NCBI RefSeq assembly: GCF_006345805.1
Contig: NC_043010.1
Span: 30,380,001-30,444,000 of the forward strand
From: Octopus sinensis
Lineage: Eukaryota
Direction: 5' to 3'
DNA: 64,000 nt
Shown: one piece after another, positions 26,511-41,580 of the stretch
Position numbering within the stretch: position 1 is the stretch's first letter
Layout: each line of letters begins with the position of its first letter
The notes under the pieces: model-generated
Database searches by the model: none
What the model was told of the DNA's origin: nothing
The model's input: only the letters and a program-made list of their open reading frames with translations
Made by a program: the position numbers and the translations under genes

Positions 26511-28013
26511 GAAGAAACTTAAGCCAATAAGAGACAAGCAGTTTTAATACTGTCAAGTAGGTTGTGTATCCATGAGCAAACATGTATTCATTCATTCACT
26601 CATACACACACAATTACACAAAAAAATACACCTTCACATACGCACTCACATGCCTCTTGTATGATATTGTTATACTGGAAAGTCCATTCATAATTTTAAT
26701 GTCAGACTTCCTTTGTTGATTTTGTGTGAAATGTTAAATTCCTGAACCAGAGGTTAGAGGGGAGTCACCAAGAATCAAGGACAAAAATAGTATTTCAGTA
26801 TAGGATTGGTCTTTGACCACAGTAAAGACCTCCATACATGCATGTTACTGCCTTATATGTCACCACCACCACTCCTAAAAAGGTCTGGCGCTGATGCTGT
26901 AGGAAAGAGAGAGAATTTTTTTGTGTTTTTTGTTTATACAATTTTTTAAGCCTGAAAGAAAAAAATTGAAAAGTCTGTTACTATAAGAATGTTTTCCATT
27001 GTTAATGGACAGCAGGGTAGCAGAGGTAAGAAAGCAAAAGCTGAAACACCTGACTTGCTAATTAGAATTAAGGAGTAAAATGCTGTCCTGTCCCTCGCCC
27101 CCTCACTTTGTTGCTTGCTACAAGAGACATACCAAAGATGTGTTTGTTCTATGACTGCCACTAGATAGAACAAATTTGCTAGAAGTGTTTCACTAATTAA
27201 TATTACCAATTTATTAATTATGAATGGCCTGATGCATAAAAAGAATTATTTGATAGATTGGTTTTCTTTTTATTATGTTTTATTTATTCATTTAATTTAA
27301 TTTAATTTAATTTTTTTTTTTACCCTCTATTTTGTTAATTATTAATTTCATTTGTAATAACTTATTAATTAATTTTATTTATTTATTTATTTACTTTATA
27401 TGCACGTTTTTTGTTTTGTTTTTATTTTGCTGCTGGTGATGCTTGATTTTTTTTTTTTTTTCATTTATTTTTTTGTATTCATTCATCTCTATTATAGTTA
27501 ATTCAATGGGAAGGAATGGTATATATTGTATCTTACAGACTCCACCCTCCTGCAACTCTCTCCACCATTGCTAACGGATGATGCAACCAGACTATTATCC
27601 ACTTCACACAAACACACACACACACACACACACACACCTTCAGATATGTTTGTAAAGGTTTATATATTCTAAAATTGTTTGACTTTAAAGGGCTGCAAGC
27701 ATGTAAATTAAAATGTTACTACATAATCCTGCTTCTCACATGCTCTCATCCATGCAGACATACAATCATACACATGTGCACACACACATATAGACACATA
27801 CATAAATAATGTAAATATATTATGTGTGTGTGTCTGTGTGTACATACATACACATATACATATGCATACATTTATATATTCATACATAATATGTAATGTA
27901 TTTCATTATATTCGTGTATTATCAAAATATATATATATATATTATATATATGTAAAGAATATATATATATCATATATTACAGTATATATATATACACATA
28001 CACATATATATAA

Positions 28014-28048
<35 letters not shown>

Positions 28049-28629
28049 GCATATATAATACACTACATGTTGTATATATAAATGCAAAATGTATTATATG
28101 TGTTTCTATATGTGTGCATAAAATATTGGTTGTACATGTATACAAGCAAACAACACTGGTTACAAAGTTACTCCATACAAAAATTACTGGTGTGTTAGCA
28201 GTGTTATGTTTCATCGCTATTAATTATATTGTATATTGAGACATCATGTTTACATTCGTATATTTCATACAGTGTTGACTAAAATCTATACATCTTTTCT
28301 CTATCACAGAATAGCATTAACACTAAAAGTGGAGACTTAACATAATTCAGATTTTCAATTGTAATCTTTAAATCTTTCACTCTTTTTCTATATGACATAT
28401 ACACACTCACATGCATATTATACTTCTACAAGAAGAAGGGTTAAAGTGACTTCAAGGTTTTGGCTTATCAACCTTTGTCAAACTGAAAGCTGACTGGCTG
28501 AAACTTGAAGCCTTTGCCACCCTCCTTGTAAAAGTAAAATATGTATTCTGTTTAAAAAATTATTGAATAATTCTCCAGTTTAATGTAAAACTGTTATTGC
28601 CATAACTCAGACATTAAAACAAATATTTA

Positions 28630-28693
<64 letters not shown>

Positions 28694-29120
28694 TGATAGA
28701 GAGATAGGTACGTGTGTGCTTGTGTGTGAAAGTGTCTGGGTCTAGTGGTAAGGGTGTTGCAGCTATGATTACAAGATCCCGGTTTCAGTTCCCAGACCAG
28801 CTGTGCATTGCACTCTAGAGCAAAATAGTTCATTTCACCTTGTTCCAGTTCATTAACTGGAACTGATGGGTAACCCAACAGTGTGATGAACTGGCATCCC
28901 ATTTGGAGGAAATGTTGACATGACTGCCTAGCCAGCAGGGTGGTTTCATTTGAAAGCTACAACAATGCAAGGATGTGCATTGTGATCAACAGTATAGAAG
29001 AACATCCAATAATCTAGTCAATACAGTGGTGTATGTGTTTGTCAGATGTTCTATATTGTGTGTGTGTATACGCACACACATACACCACTGTGTTGACTAG
29101 ATTATTGGATGTTCTTTCAT

Positions 29121-29152
<32 letters not shown>

Positions 29153-29764
29153 GATTTGTGTTTGCATGTCAAGGTGTTTAGTGTAGTGGTTTGGCTGAGT
29201 CTCATGATATTTATGTTGTGAGTTCAGTGGAGACAGGTCACACGTGGTGTTCTTTATACAAGGCATTTCAATTTTACTTTGCTTCAGTCTCCTGAAAATA
29301 AGTAGCAGCCAGTGGGGTGGGGATTGTAACATTATAAAAACTCTGGCAGTCGTATTCTGTGGGGAGTCCTGAATTTTCAGTTGCTTAAATGTTATAGAAA
29401 TTGATATAATCTCCAGTTGAATAGACCTTAAGGTTCAAAACAGACTTTTTTGCAAAATGTGTTTGTATGTGTGTATACGTATCATTGGTAACAAGACATA
29501 CTCCTTGAAGTACATCATATTTAGTCTATTTGAATATGAAAATCATTGACTGTACAGACACTCTATTACTAGTTTGTTTTTATTTGGTGTTCTGTTCTCC
29601 CAGATGGTTCAGGGACCATAGCTGTTTCATACATTCCACATCTGACATGGTTTCTATGGTAGGACATCCTTCCTAACACCAACCATTTTACAGGATATAC
29701 TGGGTGTATTTTATTGTGGAACCAGCTCTCTAGAGAGGTTATCTTGTTGCCAGCAAGTCTACTC

Positions 29765-30153
29765 AACATCATCTAGGCACTTGATGAAGGCTTCCGTGTT
29801 GAGTCTGATGCCATGTGGGAAGATGAATGGAGGCATAATGTTGTCATCACTAGTGATCACTCCAAACACTATGATATTGACCAGACGTTTGATTTTTATC
29901 ACTCTCAGTACATGTCCTCAGATTGTTACCCAAACACTCTGAAATGTTTGTATTGGAGCTTCTGGTGAGAATGCCAAACAGTACAGCATGTCGTTTCTAA
30001 ATTTCTGGCAGAGTGAATTGCATCATGGTGCTGCCTTTCTTACAGATGCTGTCCAACTAACTCTACTATAATGTGTAGTTGACAAAATCAAAAACAAAGT
30101 GCATGCACAAAATTAAAAATATAAAACAGTGACAATTTACCCATTATACCCTG
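29765..30153 (-). mobile_element. Partial second copy of the maT-type element at 6591
   Basis: Reverse complement matches 6591-6960 including the TIR gtgacaatttacccattataccctg-TA. Confidence 0.8.
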
Positions 30154-30989
30154 TATATATACACATACATGGCTGGCTTTATATGTATGTGTGTGTGTCT
30201 TTTTGTCTGTCTGTGTTGGTGTGTTAACTTCCCTATAATTTGGCCAAAAGAGACTGATAGAATAAGTACCAGGCTTAAAAAAAAATGTACTGAGGTTGAT
30301 TCATTTGACTGAAAATTCTTCAGTACAATGCCCCAGCATGGCCACAATCTAGTAACTGAAACAACTAAAAGATAAATGATATGTGTATGTATGTATGTAT
30401 GTATGTGTGTAGTGTAACCATTACTATAATAGGTGAGTACCATGTAGTAGAACTTCTCATTGAGATCAACTTCCCAGCAAGATCTCATTAAGTCTACATC
30501 CTTTATATCCATTCTGCAGTGAAAATAATACAAAAACCATAACTTCCTGTTTCTTCTCTACATAAAAGTATTGAACTCCATATATCCATGAAAGCAGCAA
30601 TTATTGTTGCTTGATAAAGAAGCTATGTAGTTAAGATTCTGGACTTCTGCCCACTTGGTTATATGTTTAGAAGCCATTGAAGTCTTCAGAATTGTGCTTC
30701 TTGAAAGAAAACACCTAATTCTGCTAACCTCAGTTTACATGGCTGGTAACAGGTTTCATAGATAACAGTACAACAAGATATCTCATCCTCATTTTAACAT
30801 CTGCTTTTCCTACAGCCAGATGACCTTCCTGTCACCAACACTTACCTGTTTCTATACAAGATATTTCTTCTTGGCTGGGTGTATTTTTGCAGATTATAGA
30901 AAATGACATTTATTTACAACAATCATACAGTGTCAAGACAATGTGACATGCAGACATTCACACTCATACATATGTGTGTGTATATCTAT

Positions 30990-31570
30990 ATATTGTCATC
31001 ATCATTGTTTAACGTCCGTTTTCCATGCTGGCATGGGTTGGACGGTTTGACTGGGGTCTGGCAAGCCAGATCACACCAGGCTCCAATCTGATCTGGCAAT
31101 GTTTCTACAGCTGGATGCCCTTCCTAATGCCAACCACTCCGAGAGTGTAGTGGGTGCTTTTTACATGCCACTGGTACAGGAGCGTGTCAGTCGGCACTGG
31201 CATTGGCAACGTAAGGATGGTGCTTTTTACGTGCCACCAGCACAGGAGCCGGTGGGGGTGGGGGCTGGCATTGGCCACATTCGGATGGTGCTTCTTATGT
31301 ACCACTGGCACAGGGAGCCAGTCAAGTGGCTCCGGCAGCAACACATGCATGAATGAATGGTGCTTATCGTGTGCCATCAGCACTGGTAACAGTCACAATT
31401 ACAATTTCCATTTGATTTGATTTTGATCTACTTAACTCAATAGGTCTCCTCAAGCATGGAATGTTGCCTGACGATTCAATGGTGCTTTTTAAATGGGTTG
31501 GTTATGCGACACTGGTGTAGGCTACGGCTGTGATCTCACTTTCCTTGCTGGATCTTCTCAATCACAGCAT
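30990..31570 (-). mobile_element. RTE 3'-UTR-like dispersed repeat ending in (ATG)n. Also ~2515-3170-, 9500-9810+, 12640-12815-, 22677-22765-, 23310-23515+, 37490-37735+, 38090-38440-
   Basis: Recurrent cgtttaacgtccgctttccatgctagcatgggttggacgg text with internal short repeats and (CAT)n end. Confidence 0.8.
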
Positions 31571-31877
31571 ATCTCCGGATATATAAGATTTAGTTGAATT
31601 AGGTATTTAAGTTGAGGCACGTCGTTAGGTCAGAATAATATACACACACAACAATATTATGTAGATATCAAACTTGGTACCAAAGTACTGACAGAATTAT
31701 ATTCCTGTAGTGCATGCAAACATTTAGACCTAGCTGAGTATATAATCCACTTTTGAGCTATTCTGACATGTACATTTTATTAAATATACTATCCATAATA
31801 TACTTGAGAATTTGCGTTGGGCATGTTCTGAGATAGGTGAATAAAATATAAATAAATAACCATTAAAGGACAGGTGT

Positions 31878-32193
31878 CAATTCGTTACAGCCATTTCTCA
31901 CGACTCCTTTAATTGATTAATGAGTACATAGAGAAACTGTTTTCTTCAGATGAATACATGAACTTTACAATCAAGGACATCCAAAATGATTTAACATAGT
32001 TTAAATCTACAGAGCAAAACATTTTCAATGATTCTGCTACTATTTAGTTGACAGAATGGATTTACCAAAATAATGTATATTTAATCAGATCATTATTTTG
32101 GTAAATCCATTGTCAACTGAAATAGTTGCAGAATCATTGATATAATGTACTCATTAATCAATTAAAGGAGGTGTTAGAAACAGTGTAATGAAT
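31878..32193. repeat. Nested foldback / MITE-like inverted repeat
   Basis: Outer arms 31904-31929 / 32145-32170; inner arms 32025-32075 / 32091-32140. Confidence 0.75.
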
Positions 32194-32407
32194 TGTAATC
32201 AATTGTTACTGATATATATATATTGTTTCAGTCATTTAATTGCGGTCATGCTGGGGCACAACCTTGAAGGATTTTAGTCAAACAAATCAACACTAGGACT
32301 TTTTTTTTAAGCCTAATACTTATTCTCTCGATCATTTTTCCTGAACCACTAAGATGCAGGGATGTAAACACACCAACACCAGGTGTCAAAAGCATAGTGG
32401 GGAACAA

Positions 32408-32467
<60 letters not shown>

Positions 32468-35109
32468 ACACACACACACACACACATATATGATAGACAT
32501 CTTTCAGTTTCCATCTTCCAAATTCCCTCACAAGACTTTGGTTAGCCTGAGGCTATAGAAGACACTTGCCCAAGGTGCTATGCAGAGGGGCTGATATATA
32601 TATATTTGCAATGGACTCTTTTTAGTTTCCATCTACCAATCCACTCACAAAGCTTTGGTTGACTCTGGTCTATAGTGGAAGACACCCAAGATGCCATGCA
32701 GTGGGACTGAACCTGAAACCATTTGGTTGGGAAGCAAGCTTCTTAATATTGCTCAGTTTCATATCCTTGGCCCTTAGACTGGAACAGATTCTCCTTGAAG
32801 TTGTTTTCAATCTACAGAAAATCAGATTAGAAAGAAGCAAATTTGTGAGCTAAAATAAATGATTCGTTGTAACTTTTTTTTTTCTTTTAGGTACACACAC
32901 ACGTAAAATACACAACTGAAGCAAAAAAAAAAAAAAAGGAAATGCAAAGGCAATTCAAGAAAAAAATGGAGCTAAGGGGAATAACTCTTAACGTATATTT
33001 ATTCTTGTCACACAAATGTCCGGTTCATATGCAAGTTCGATACACATATGTATAGATAATTATATACACACACTCACACACATGATTCTATGGCTTTCAG
33101 CCATGCTGGAACATCAACATCAATAATATTGTCTGTGGCAATATTTTATTGATTTTACAGCAGGATATGAGGCAAAATCAGTTGTGTATGAAAGAAGGCA
33201 ACCAAGGTGGATGAAAATACCACAAGGTATTCTCATTCGGAGTAACTTTTTGCATTCTCATGATGAGAACACACAGACACATTAGTATGTGTGTGTGTAA
33301 ATATATACAGTTTCAGTGTCCCAAATTTCATTTGAAAGTCTTCTGTCAGAGTCACTTCACAAAGCGCTGAGCCGTGGTATCAAACCTGAAACCTCATATA
33401 TTCAGAGAGGCTGTCTGTGGTATGACAAAAATAGTTCACTCTATCACAAGATACATGTGCATGCACACACACATACACACACACACACACACATGCACGC
33501 ACACACACACACAGCATGTGTGAATTTATATTCAATTTTAGTGATTATTAAAATTGCTATTATCTCATTCTCTTTCTCCGCCTTCTTTCTGCTCTTTCTT
33601 CTGTCTTTCTCTCTCTCACGCACACACACCTCTCTCTGCCTATCAATACCAAGGTTTTGATACTTATGTACAAAAGAATATATGAGCTCCTGTGGCAAAT
33701 CAATGTATTTAACTCTCACATCCCCACCCCGTGTAAGTGCATGTGTATGTGTATATAAATATGTATGTCTGTATCTACAAAAATTGGTTTATAAAACAGA
33801 AAACATATATTATTGTCTCATGGCATTGTAATATGTAAACTATTCTGTCTTGCTGTTGTTATTGTATATTTCACTTAATAAAGAGTGTATACACATACGT
33901 GTGTATGAGAGAGGGAGAGAGAGAGAGAGAGAAAGCAGTGGTTTTGTATATATTTTAATATCTGTTGCAGGTTGAAAATTGAAACCTGTTTTAAAAATTA
34001 TGTAATAATAATTATAATATACCTTTAAAAATTATCAATCTTTTTCGTGTCTGATGACATACCCGGTTAAATTAAGTCATGGATATTGCTTTCTAATCCT
34101 TACAGTAAAAAAAACTATCAAAACACACTCATAAATATCTATGGATATGTATACATAAAACGACAGTCAAATTCACTGAAAGAATCATGCTTATTTTCAT
34201 TCTTGGGTAAAAATAAGAAGAAAAAGAAAGAAAAAATGGACTGTGGAACTTTGAAGCGACCCATTGTCTTAATAATTCCTCAAGGCAGTCATAATTGAAA
34301 ATACTGCATTTTAATTCTGTTCCTCCTGCAGTTGATTTAAATGTAATAAATTCTCATCTTTTATTGAATCTTGTATATAAATAGTAATACACATACACAT
34401 ATTTATTCGGATTCTTACTATATAGCCACTATTGTTTCAGTATGAGGGAAAATTCCCTAAGCGTCATCAGAATGCTTAATAAATTTTCTCTTTGCCAAAA
34501 AAGGGGTGGCAATGTTGACAGAATCTAAATAAATCCATTATATGTTATTCTGTGTTTGGCATTGCTGTCTTTTATAATTGTGAACTCACATGATTACCAT
34601 TTACTTATTCAAAAGGTTTTCGTAAAAATTCTTGATAAATGTCACAATCGCTGAAAAAATATTTTCTTAAAAGTTATCGACTATTTAAAAAAAAAAAAAT
34701 CATATCTATATTGAAGCTACTGGATTTGTTGTGTATATAAACAGAAACACTATTTTTTTCTGGGATTGGTCAAGTGATGTAGACACCTCCACCGAGAACT
34801 CAAGGTTCAAAAACCAATTAAGGCTGTTCATTATTTTCTTTTAATATATGAAAAAAATGCTTGTTTATATGTCCACACACACAAAACAATCAGACAAAAA
34901 GTGGAGAGTATGCTTTTGCATAATTTTATTATTATGATCATTTCAAATGGTGAGAGGAACTGATTCTACAATATACAATGGCTTGTATGCATAATTAATC
35001 AGTTAATTAATCAAGTAATTAATGGAACAGCCCTCAGCCATTCTCCTTAGACCTTAATTCCTATTTATCTATCAATCTCTGTCTGTCTCTCTCTCTCTCT
35101 CTCCCCCCC

Positions 35110-35193
<84 letters not shown>

Positions 35194-36039
35194 TAGGGAT
35201 TAAGGCACAAATGTGACTGTAGTAAGAAGTTTGCTTCTCATCCACATGAGTCTGGGTTCGGCTTCACTGTGTGACACTTGGGCAAGTGTCTTCCACAGTA
35301 GCCTTGGGCTGAGCAAAACTATGTGGGTGAATTTAGTAGACAGAAGTTGATAGAAAGAAGCCCATTGTGTGTGCATATATATATATATAATCCTTTCTAC
35401 TATAGGTACAAGGCTTGAAATTTTTGGAGAGGGAGATAGTTGATCACATCGACCCCAGTACTTTATTAATACTTAATTTATTGACCCTAAAAGGATGAAA
35501 GGCAAAGTTGACCTCAGTGAAATTTGAACTCAGAACATAGCAGCAGATGAAATACCGCTAAGCATTTTGCCTGGCTTGCTAATGATTCTGCCAGTTTGCC
35601 ACATTAATAATAATAATATTCATATGTGTGAGTGTGTTTGTCCCCCACTTCTACTTGACAACAGGTATTCGTTTGTTTACATCCTTATAACTTAGCAGTT
35701 TGGCAAAAAGGACATATAGAATAAGTACCAGGCTTTAAAAAAAGAGTACTGGTGTCAATTTGTTCAGATACAAGCCTTTGAGGTGGTGCTCCAGCATGCT
35801 ACCGTCAACTGGTTGCAACAAGTAAAAGATAGAATGTTGCATATATGTCATCACTTCTGTCCACTTTTCCATGCCTTCTTGGCTTAACAGAATTTGTAGA
35901 TGTAGATTTCTACAGCCAGATACCCTTCCTGTTACCAACTGTCATCTGTTTCCAAGCAAGGTAATAGTTTACCTTAACTAGATATTTTTTATGGAAGAAT
36001 GGAAACAAACAGCCTCACTTTTATGATGATGGTGCATGG

Positions 36040-37450
36040 GAGAAGGCGAGTCTGCCGAATGTAGGCCCAACTGGGGGACCAGTTATCAACGATAGCTTGG
36101 TAGATAAAGTAATTAAGGATACGAAGACAGGGAAAGTCTCAGCCCATTAGGAATCACCACTGAGATGTTTAAAATATCTGGTAGAGTGGGATATAGCCTA
36201 GTCACCTGTATAGTTAATCAGGTTGTCCATGAGGGAGTCATACCCAACAATTGATGTAGCAACATTATGATCAGCTGCTACAAAGGCTCAGGCGATGCCT
36301 TTGACAGAAATAACTACAGACATCAAATTGTTGGACCAGGTCATGAAAGTCACAGGAAGGCTCACAATTCAATTAGGAAGAGAGTTAATGTAGATGAGAT
36401 GCAATTTGGATTTGTGCCATGTAGAAGCACAACTGATGCTATAGAAGTTGAGCTGAGACTTCCTTTGGTCATGACTAACCATGGGATTGCACCTAGAAAA
36501 TTACCCTCCCAGGCACAAGTCCGAACAAGGCTGTTTAAGACCAGCAGTCGTCCATGCATACTGGCCTCCCCTCTCCACACCACCATTGTTATCCAAGGGA
36601 AAGGCAAAGGCTGATACAGCTTGGCACCTGTGATGTTGCAACTCATTTCTACAGCTGAGTGAACTGAAGCAATGTGAAATAAAGTGTCTTGCTCAAGAAC
36701 ACAACATGTAGCCTGGTCCGGGATTCAAACTCACAACCTCATGATTGTAAGCTCGATGCTCTTATCCAGTGCAAGCTCTGGACACAAGAGGTGTAGTGGT
36801 ATCACAGGAAGCTTAATGGAGAAAATAGTTTTGGGGTTGCATATGTGCAGGTGCTAAAAATGTGCTGACGATAGACTCTCAAATACTCAGGGGAATCATT
36901 AGAAGTAGTAGAAAGCTTCTGTTACCTAGGTGATCAAGTTAACAGTGGAGGAGGAAGTTCTGAAAGTGTTACTGCTAAAGTAAGAACGGGCTAGGCAAAG
37001 TGCAGAGAGCTTCTACTTTTGTTGGCAACTAAGGGTCTCTCCCTCAGAATGAAAAGTAAATTATATGATGCCTGTGTATGTATAACTATGCTACATGGCA
37101 GTGAAACATGGGCTTTGACTACAGAGAACTTGTGAAGGCTTGAAAGAAAGGAAGCTAGCATGGATGGATAATGTCAGTGTGCACAGGTGAATGTTAATGA
37201 TTTAAGAGGAAAACTGGGTATAAGTGGAATTAGATGTGTGCAAAAGAAAATACTGTGCTGGCTTGGTCATGTGACGTGTATGGATGAGAACAATTGCATA
37301 AAGAAGTTCCATGCTCTAATTGTGGAGGGAATCTGTGAAAAGGGTAGATATAGGATGAAGTGGTGAGAAAGGATCTTCGGATGCTGAGCCTCATTGAAGA
37401 AATGACAAGGGACTGGGAGTTGTGGCAATTTGCTGTATTTGAGAAGATGC
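36040..37450 (+). pseudogene. Decayed RTE LINE fragments interrupted by a minus-strand SINE (36455-36770)
   Basis: DEMQFGFVPCRSTTDAI; VVESFCYLGDQV; MLHGSETWAL. Confidence 0.8.
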
Positions 37451-38024
37451 ATGAAGCTAAGCAAAATCGCTGTCACCCATACATACAGGCTTGTCCTTTA
37501 CAGGTGCTGGTGCCACATAAAATGTACTCGTGCCAGTGCTACTTAAATGCACCCATGCCCGTGGCATGTAAATAGCACCAAACACACTTTATAAAGTGGT
37601 TGGCATTAAGAAGGGTATCCAGCTATAGAAACCATACTACGACAGACAGCTGGAGTCTGGACATCTCCCCTGCTGACCAGCTCCTGTCAAAACCGTCCAC
37701 CCCATGCCATCATGAAAAACAGATGTTAAACTATGATAACAGTCATAACTGTACTTCCCATGCCTTCAGTTATATTCACTCAAAGCTGATAATTCATTTT
37801 GTCTAGATTCTTACATGTATTTGTGTATGTTCAATAACAATAAGAACATGCTTCAATAGAATTTTCCCCCATTGCTAAATGAATGCATACAAATGAGAGA
37901 CAGGAGCAGAAACAAAATAAATCACCTTCAAACAAACTTCCCTAGAATTATTGAACATTTTCCTCCTGGTTATCACACAAAGTTCCTCTAGTGGACTCAG
38001 CTAGTTCTTTCTATATGGCTGAAA

Positions 38025-38071
<47 letters not shown>

Positions 38072-39584
38072 TATTTATTTATATATATTATCATCATCAT
38101 CGTTTAACATCTGCTTTCCATGCTGGCATGGGTTGGACGATTTGACTGAGGACTGGCGAACCAGATGGCTGCACCAGGCTCCAATCTGATCTGGCAGAGT
38201 TTCTACAGCTGGAGGCCCTTCTTAACGCCAACCACTCCAAGAACGTAGTGGGTGCTTTTACATGCCACTGACACAAGGGCCAGCCGGTGGTATTGGCAAT
38301 GGCCACTCTCAAATGGTGTTTTTTACGTGCCACTTGCACAGGAGCCAGTGCAGTAGCACTGGCAATGACCTTGCTCGAATGTTTTTTCACGTGCCACCGA
38401 CACAAGTGCCTGTAAGGTGACACTGGTAAGGATCATGCTCGAAAATATATATATATATGTGTGTGTATCGTTTGTATATATTACACAACAACTACATTAT
38501 AGCACTGAACTGTACACCAACCTCTGCCAAAATTATGCACTACACAGCTCACATAATTCCACGATGAAAGCACATCACCCATACATGCCATCATAATATA
38601 CACTACCACTAGACTTCACCAGGCTATACATTACATCACCACTACTACACTGCAGCATACTGTGTATCAAACACTTCATTCCAGACATACACCCCTCTCA
38701 CACTACATATGGCAAGAATATTTTAAAGAAAGCGTGACCAAACCTGGATCAGCTTCCATGAAGTAAAACCATGTTTCCTGTGGCAGACATGTTGAACAAG
38801 TTTTTCCATGCCTCATTGCTTTGATGATTCACTCATTGCTTAATCATGTGAGGTTGATGCTTGCTTCACTGAACACTCCTACATTTTTCTCATGACATTA
38901 ATCAAAACACATACATAGGCAAGCATGGGCATGTTGTTTAACCCTGGGTCAGCTCTGATCAAGCAGATTTATTATCTAAAGATATTCCAGTCGTGGCCAC
39001 ACCTGCTCCAATGAAGTCTTTGCTATGTTTTTTGAGAACAGGCTTCACTAAACTTCAAAACAATCAGTTTGATTCTACAAAAGAGAAATTTGTATAACAA
39101 GACGATAAGGAAACCTAATGTGTGATTTTTTTTCTCTTTTTGCTGAAATTGATAAAAATAACAGCAAAATTGCCCTCAAATCTCATCCTACAGTCTTAAA
39201 AGGAAATATGACATTAAATATTGATGTCCCGGATAGGTTGTGTCAGAATAAAACAATGGTATGGTTATTATTAGACCAATCACTTATACAGCTCTACTGG
39301 ATTAATGCTGAACAACACGTACACACACACACAAAAAGAGTGAGAAGATAAAGTTGACACATTCTTAGTATAGCGTCATGCCATATTTATAACGTTTATG
39401 CGTGTGCACATGTGTATATGTACATGTTTGCATGCATACACACACGCACACATATATACATGTCAGTTTGCATAAAAGGAAAAGAAAATATCTCATTCAA
39501 AAGTAAAATTACTTTAAAAAATCAAAAAAATATCAACTAGATTATAGCCAGGAGATAACAGTTTATTCAAAGTAGCTGTCTTCA

Positions 39585-40100
39585 GTTTCCTCAACATTCT
39601 CAAAACAATTCTGGAGCCTGATGTAGGCATTTCTCAATGTATCCTTGGGAAGATCTTCGAGCACCTCCTTGATTCTTGGCTACCAGCTTGGTCTTGGTGT
39701 TGCCGACAAACCAGTTGGTATCTTTATCAGCTGTACATCACACACAGCAATCCATGAGATTACAATCGGGGTGATTAGGAGGCCAGAAATTGAGACTGGT
39801 AAGTCATAGGAATATGTGAGACAACCACTTCTGATACTTTCTGGGGGTATGGCAAGGAGCTGAATCCTGCTGCTGTACGTATATATTTCCAACAGCAACC
39901 CTCTCCAGGCAAAGATTCACCACAGTCTCCAGCAGCTTCATATAATTGTCTGAATTGAGCCTAAGGCCCAGTTTAAAGATGAGGTGAATTCCGGCAGGCA
40001 GCTGACCATGCTTTTACAATATTCACAGTGTATTGAGCTGCAGCCACGATGCTGGCATTTTGATGCTCAGCATGAATTATCATGATACAAGTAACTGTTT
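39585..40100 (-). pseudogene. Decayed maT/DD37D-like transposase C-terminus
   Basis: Minus-strand fragments LGLRLNSDNYMKLLETVV, YVQQQDSAPCH, FWPPNHPDCNLMD. Confidence 0.7.
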
Positions 40101-40539
40101 TCCCTCCATGTCAGCTGACATTTTATCAACTACAATTTCAAATTTTGTGCTCTTCAATGCCGTTGACTATTCAATACATTTAGCTGTTCCTGATAGAAAG
40201 GAGACATAAAACATCACCAAATCTAGCCTGAATTTCACACACACAAACATAGTTGAAATCTACAGAAAACCAATAAGAAAAAACAAAATACGAAGATAGA
40301 TGTATGAACAAGCGGGTGTATTAGTTTGATGTTCGGGTAAGTGAGGTCTTTTACATTCACCCATTAACTTATGGTGTGCATCGTTCAAAGATACTCCACT
40401 TGATGTTTTGTGGGGTATGTTTGGCGTTCAGGCCCCAGATGCAGCTAACCAGCTTGATAGTCTTGTTCTTGTCTTTGTACAGGAAAGAAAACTAGTTAGC
40501 ATAACCTTTTTTTTAAAAGTGACTTTTACTTAGTGTAAT

Positions 40540-41535
40540 ATATGTATTTCTTTTCAGTTTCGTTATTTCGTGGAACTGAGGTGGCATCGGCTTCGTACAC
40601 AGCTGAGCTAACCATGCATGCTGTAGCTACATTTTCACGATCACTTTCATCTCATTTGTGTTATCAAATATTTGTCCTAGAAATCTCTTCTTTATTAGGC
40701 CATACAATCGGATGTCGGAGAGTGCCAGATTCGAGTTGTACGGTGGATGGTGGTCCATTGATCAGCCTAATTTGCTAATTGCCTGATTTGTTGCTAAAAG
40801 ATGTTTGTGGTCACGTATTGTAATGGTGAATGTGAATCGTTTTTAGATTCTTGTACGATCTTTTCCTCCAAACGGCTTTCGTAAGCTTTTTGAGTTTCTC
40901 AATGCACCGCTCATTGCTCATTGTACAGTCACATTCAAGAAAAACAAAGAGAGAATGATGCCCCCAAAATAGTGACCATGATTTTCTGTGCTTATCATTG
41001 ACTTTTGAACTTCTTAAGGTTTTGGAAGAAAGCGTAACTTCGTTCCTCAGATTGAACCTTTGCTTCTGGATCACAAAATACGGCAACCTTTTATCCCCCT
41101 TCCACCAGATCGGATAAAAGTATCTTCATTGACTTCAAATGCTTCTACAGATCAGAGCAGACTACTAAATTTCTCTCCTACTAGTTGCTTATCAACTGCT
41201 GCGGAATCTACTTTCCTTACATTTTCCAATACTCTAAAACTTCTACAATATTCGGTAATGCACTATAACCATCGTACAGCATGATTATAGATACTAACTC
41301 GTCTGTCTGCGCGAATCAATTCATCCATTCGTTGGTGATTTCTCTCGGCGGTTCATGGTCTTCTACTGCGTGATTCGTTTTCAATGCTGCCTTTGCCTTC
41401 CTTGAATTTTTTCATCCATCTGACAGATTGGTCTTGTCAGTGGTATCATTTTCTCAAACAATCTGTAGCCTTTTTGTGGATGTCGGAGAGTCTGTACCCG
41501 TCCTTGGTCAAGAACTCAATGACGGCATTATTCGC
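40540..41535 (-). pseudogene. Heavily decayed mariner transposase
   Basis: Minus-strand AVIEFLTKDG..., RWMKKFKEGKGSIENESRSRRP, MDELIRADRRVS, PPYNSNLALSDIRLYGLIKE. Confidence 0.7.
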
Positions 41536-41580
41536 CTGCGAAAAAAGAAGAATTGTTATATAGGAAGAGCTACTAACATT

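Noticed and set aside
25926-26547. Long ORFs rich in Y/I/C/V/M (also 5154-5480, 14080-14351, 48103-48982, 56896-57395, 58283-58738)
   Set aside because: Translations of microsatellites, not genes.
39680-39898. 72 aa minus-strand ORF as a host exon
   Set aside because: Alternative frames show Tc1/mariner catalytic motifs; it is a transposase relic.
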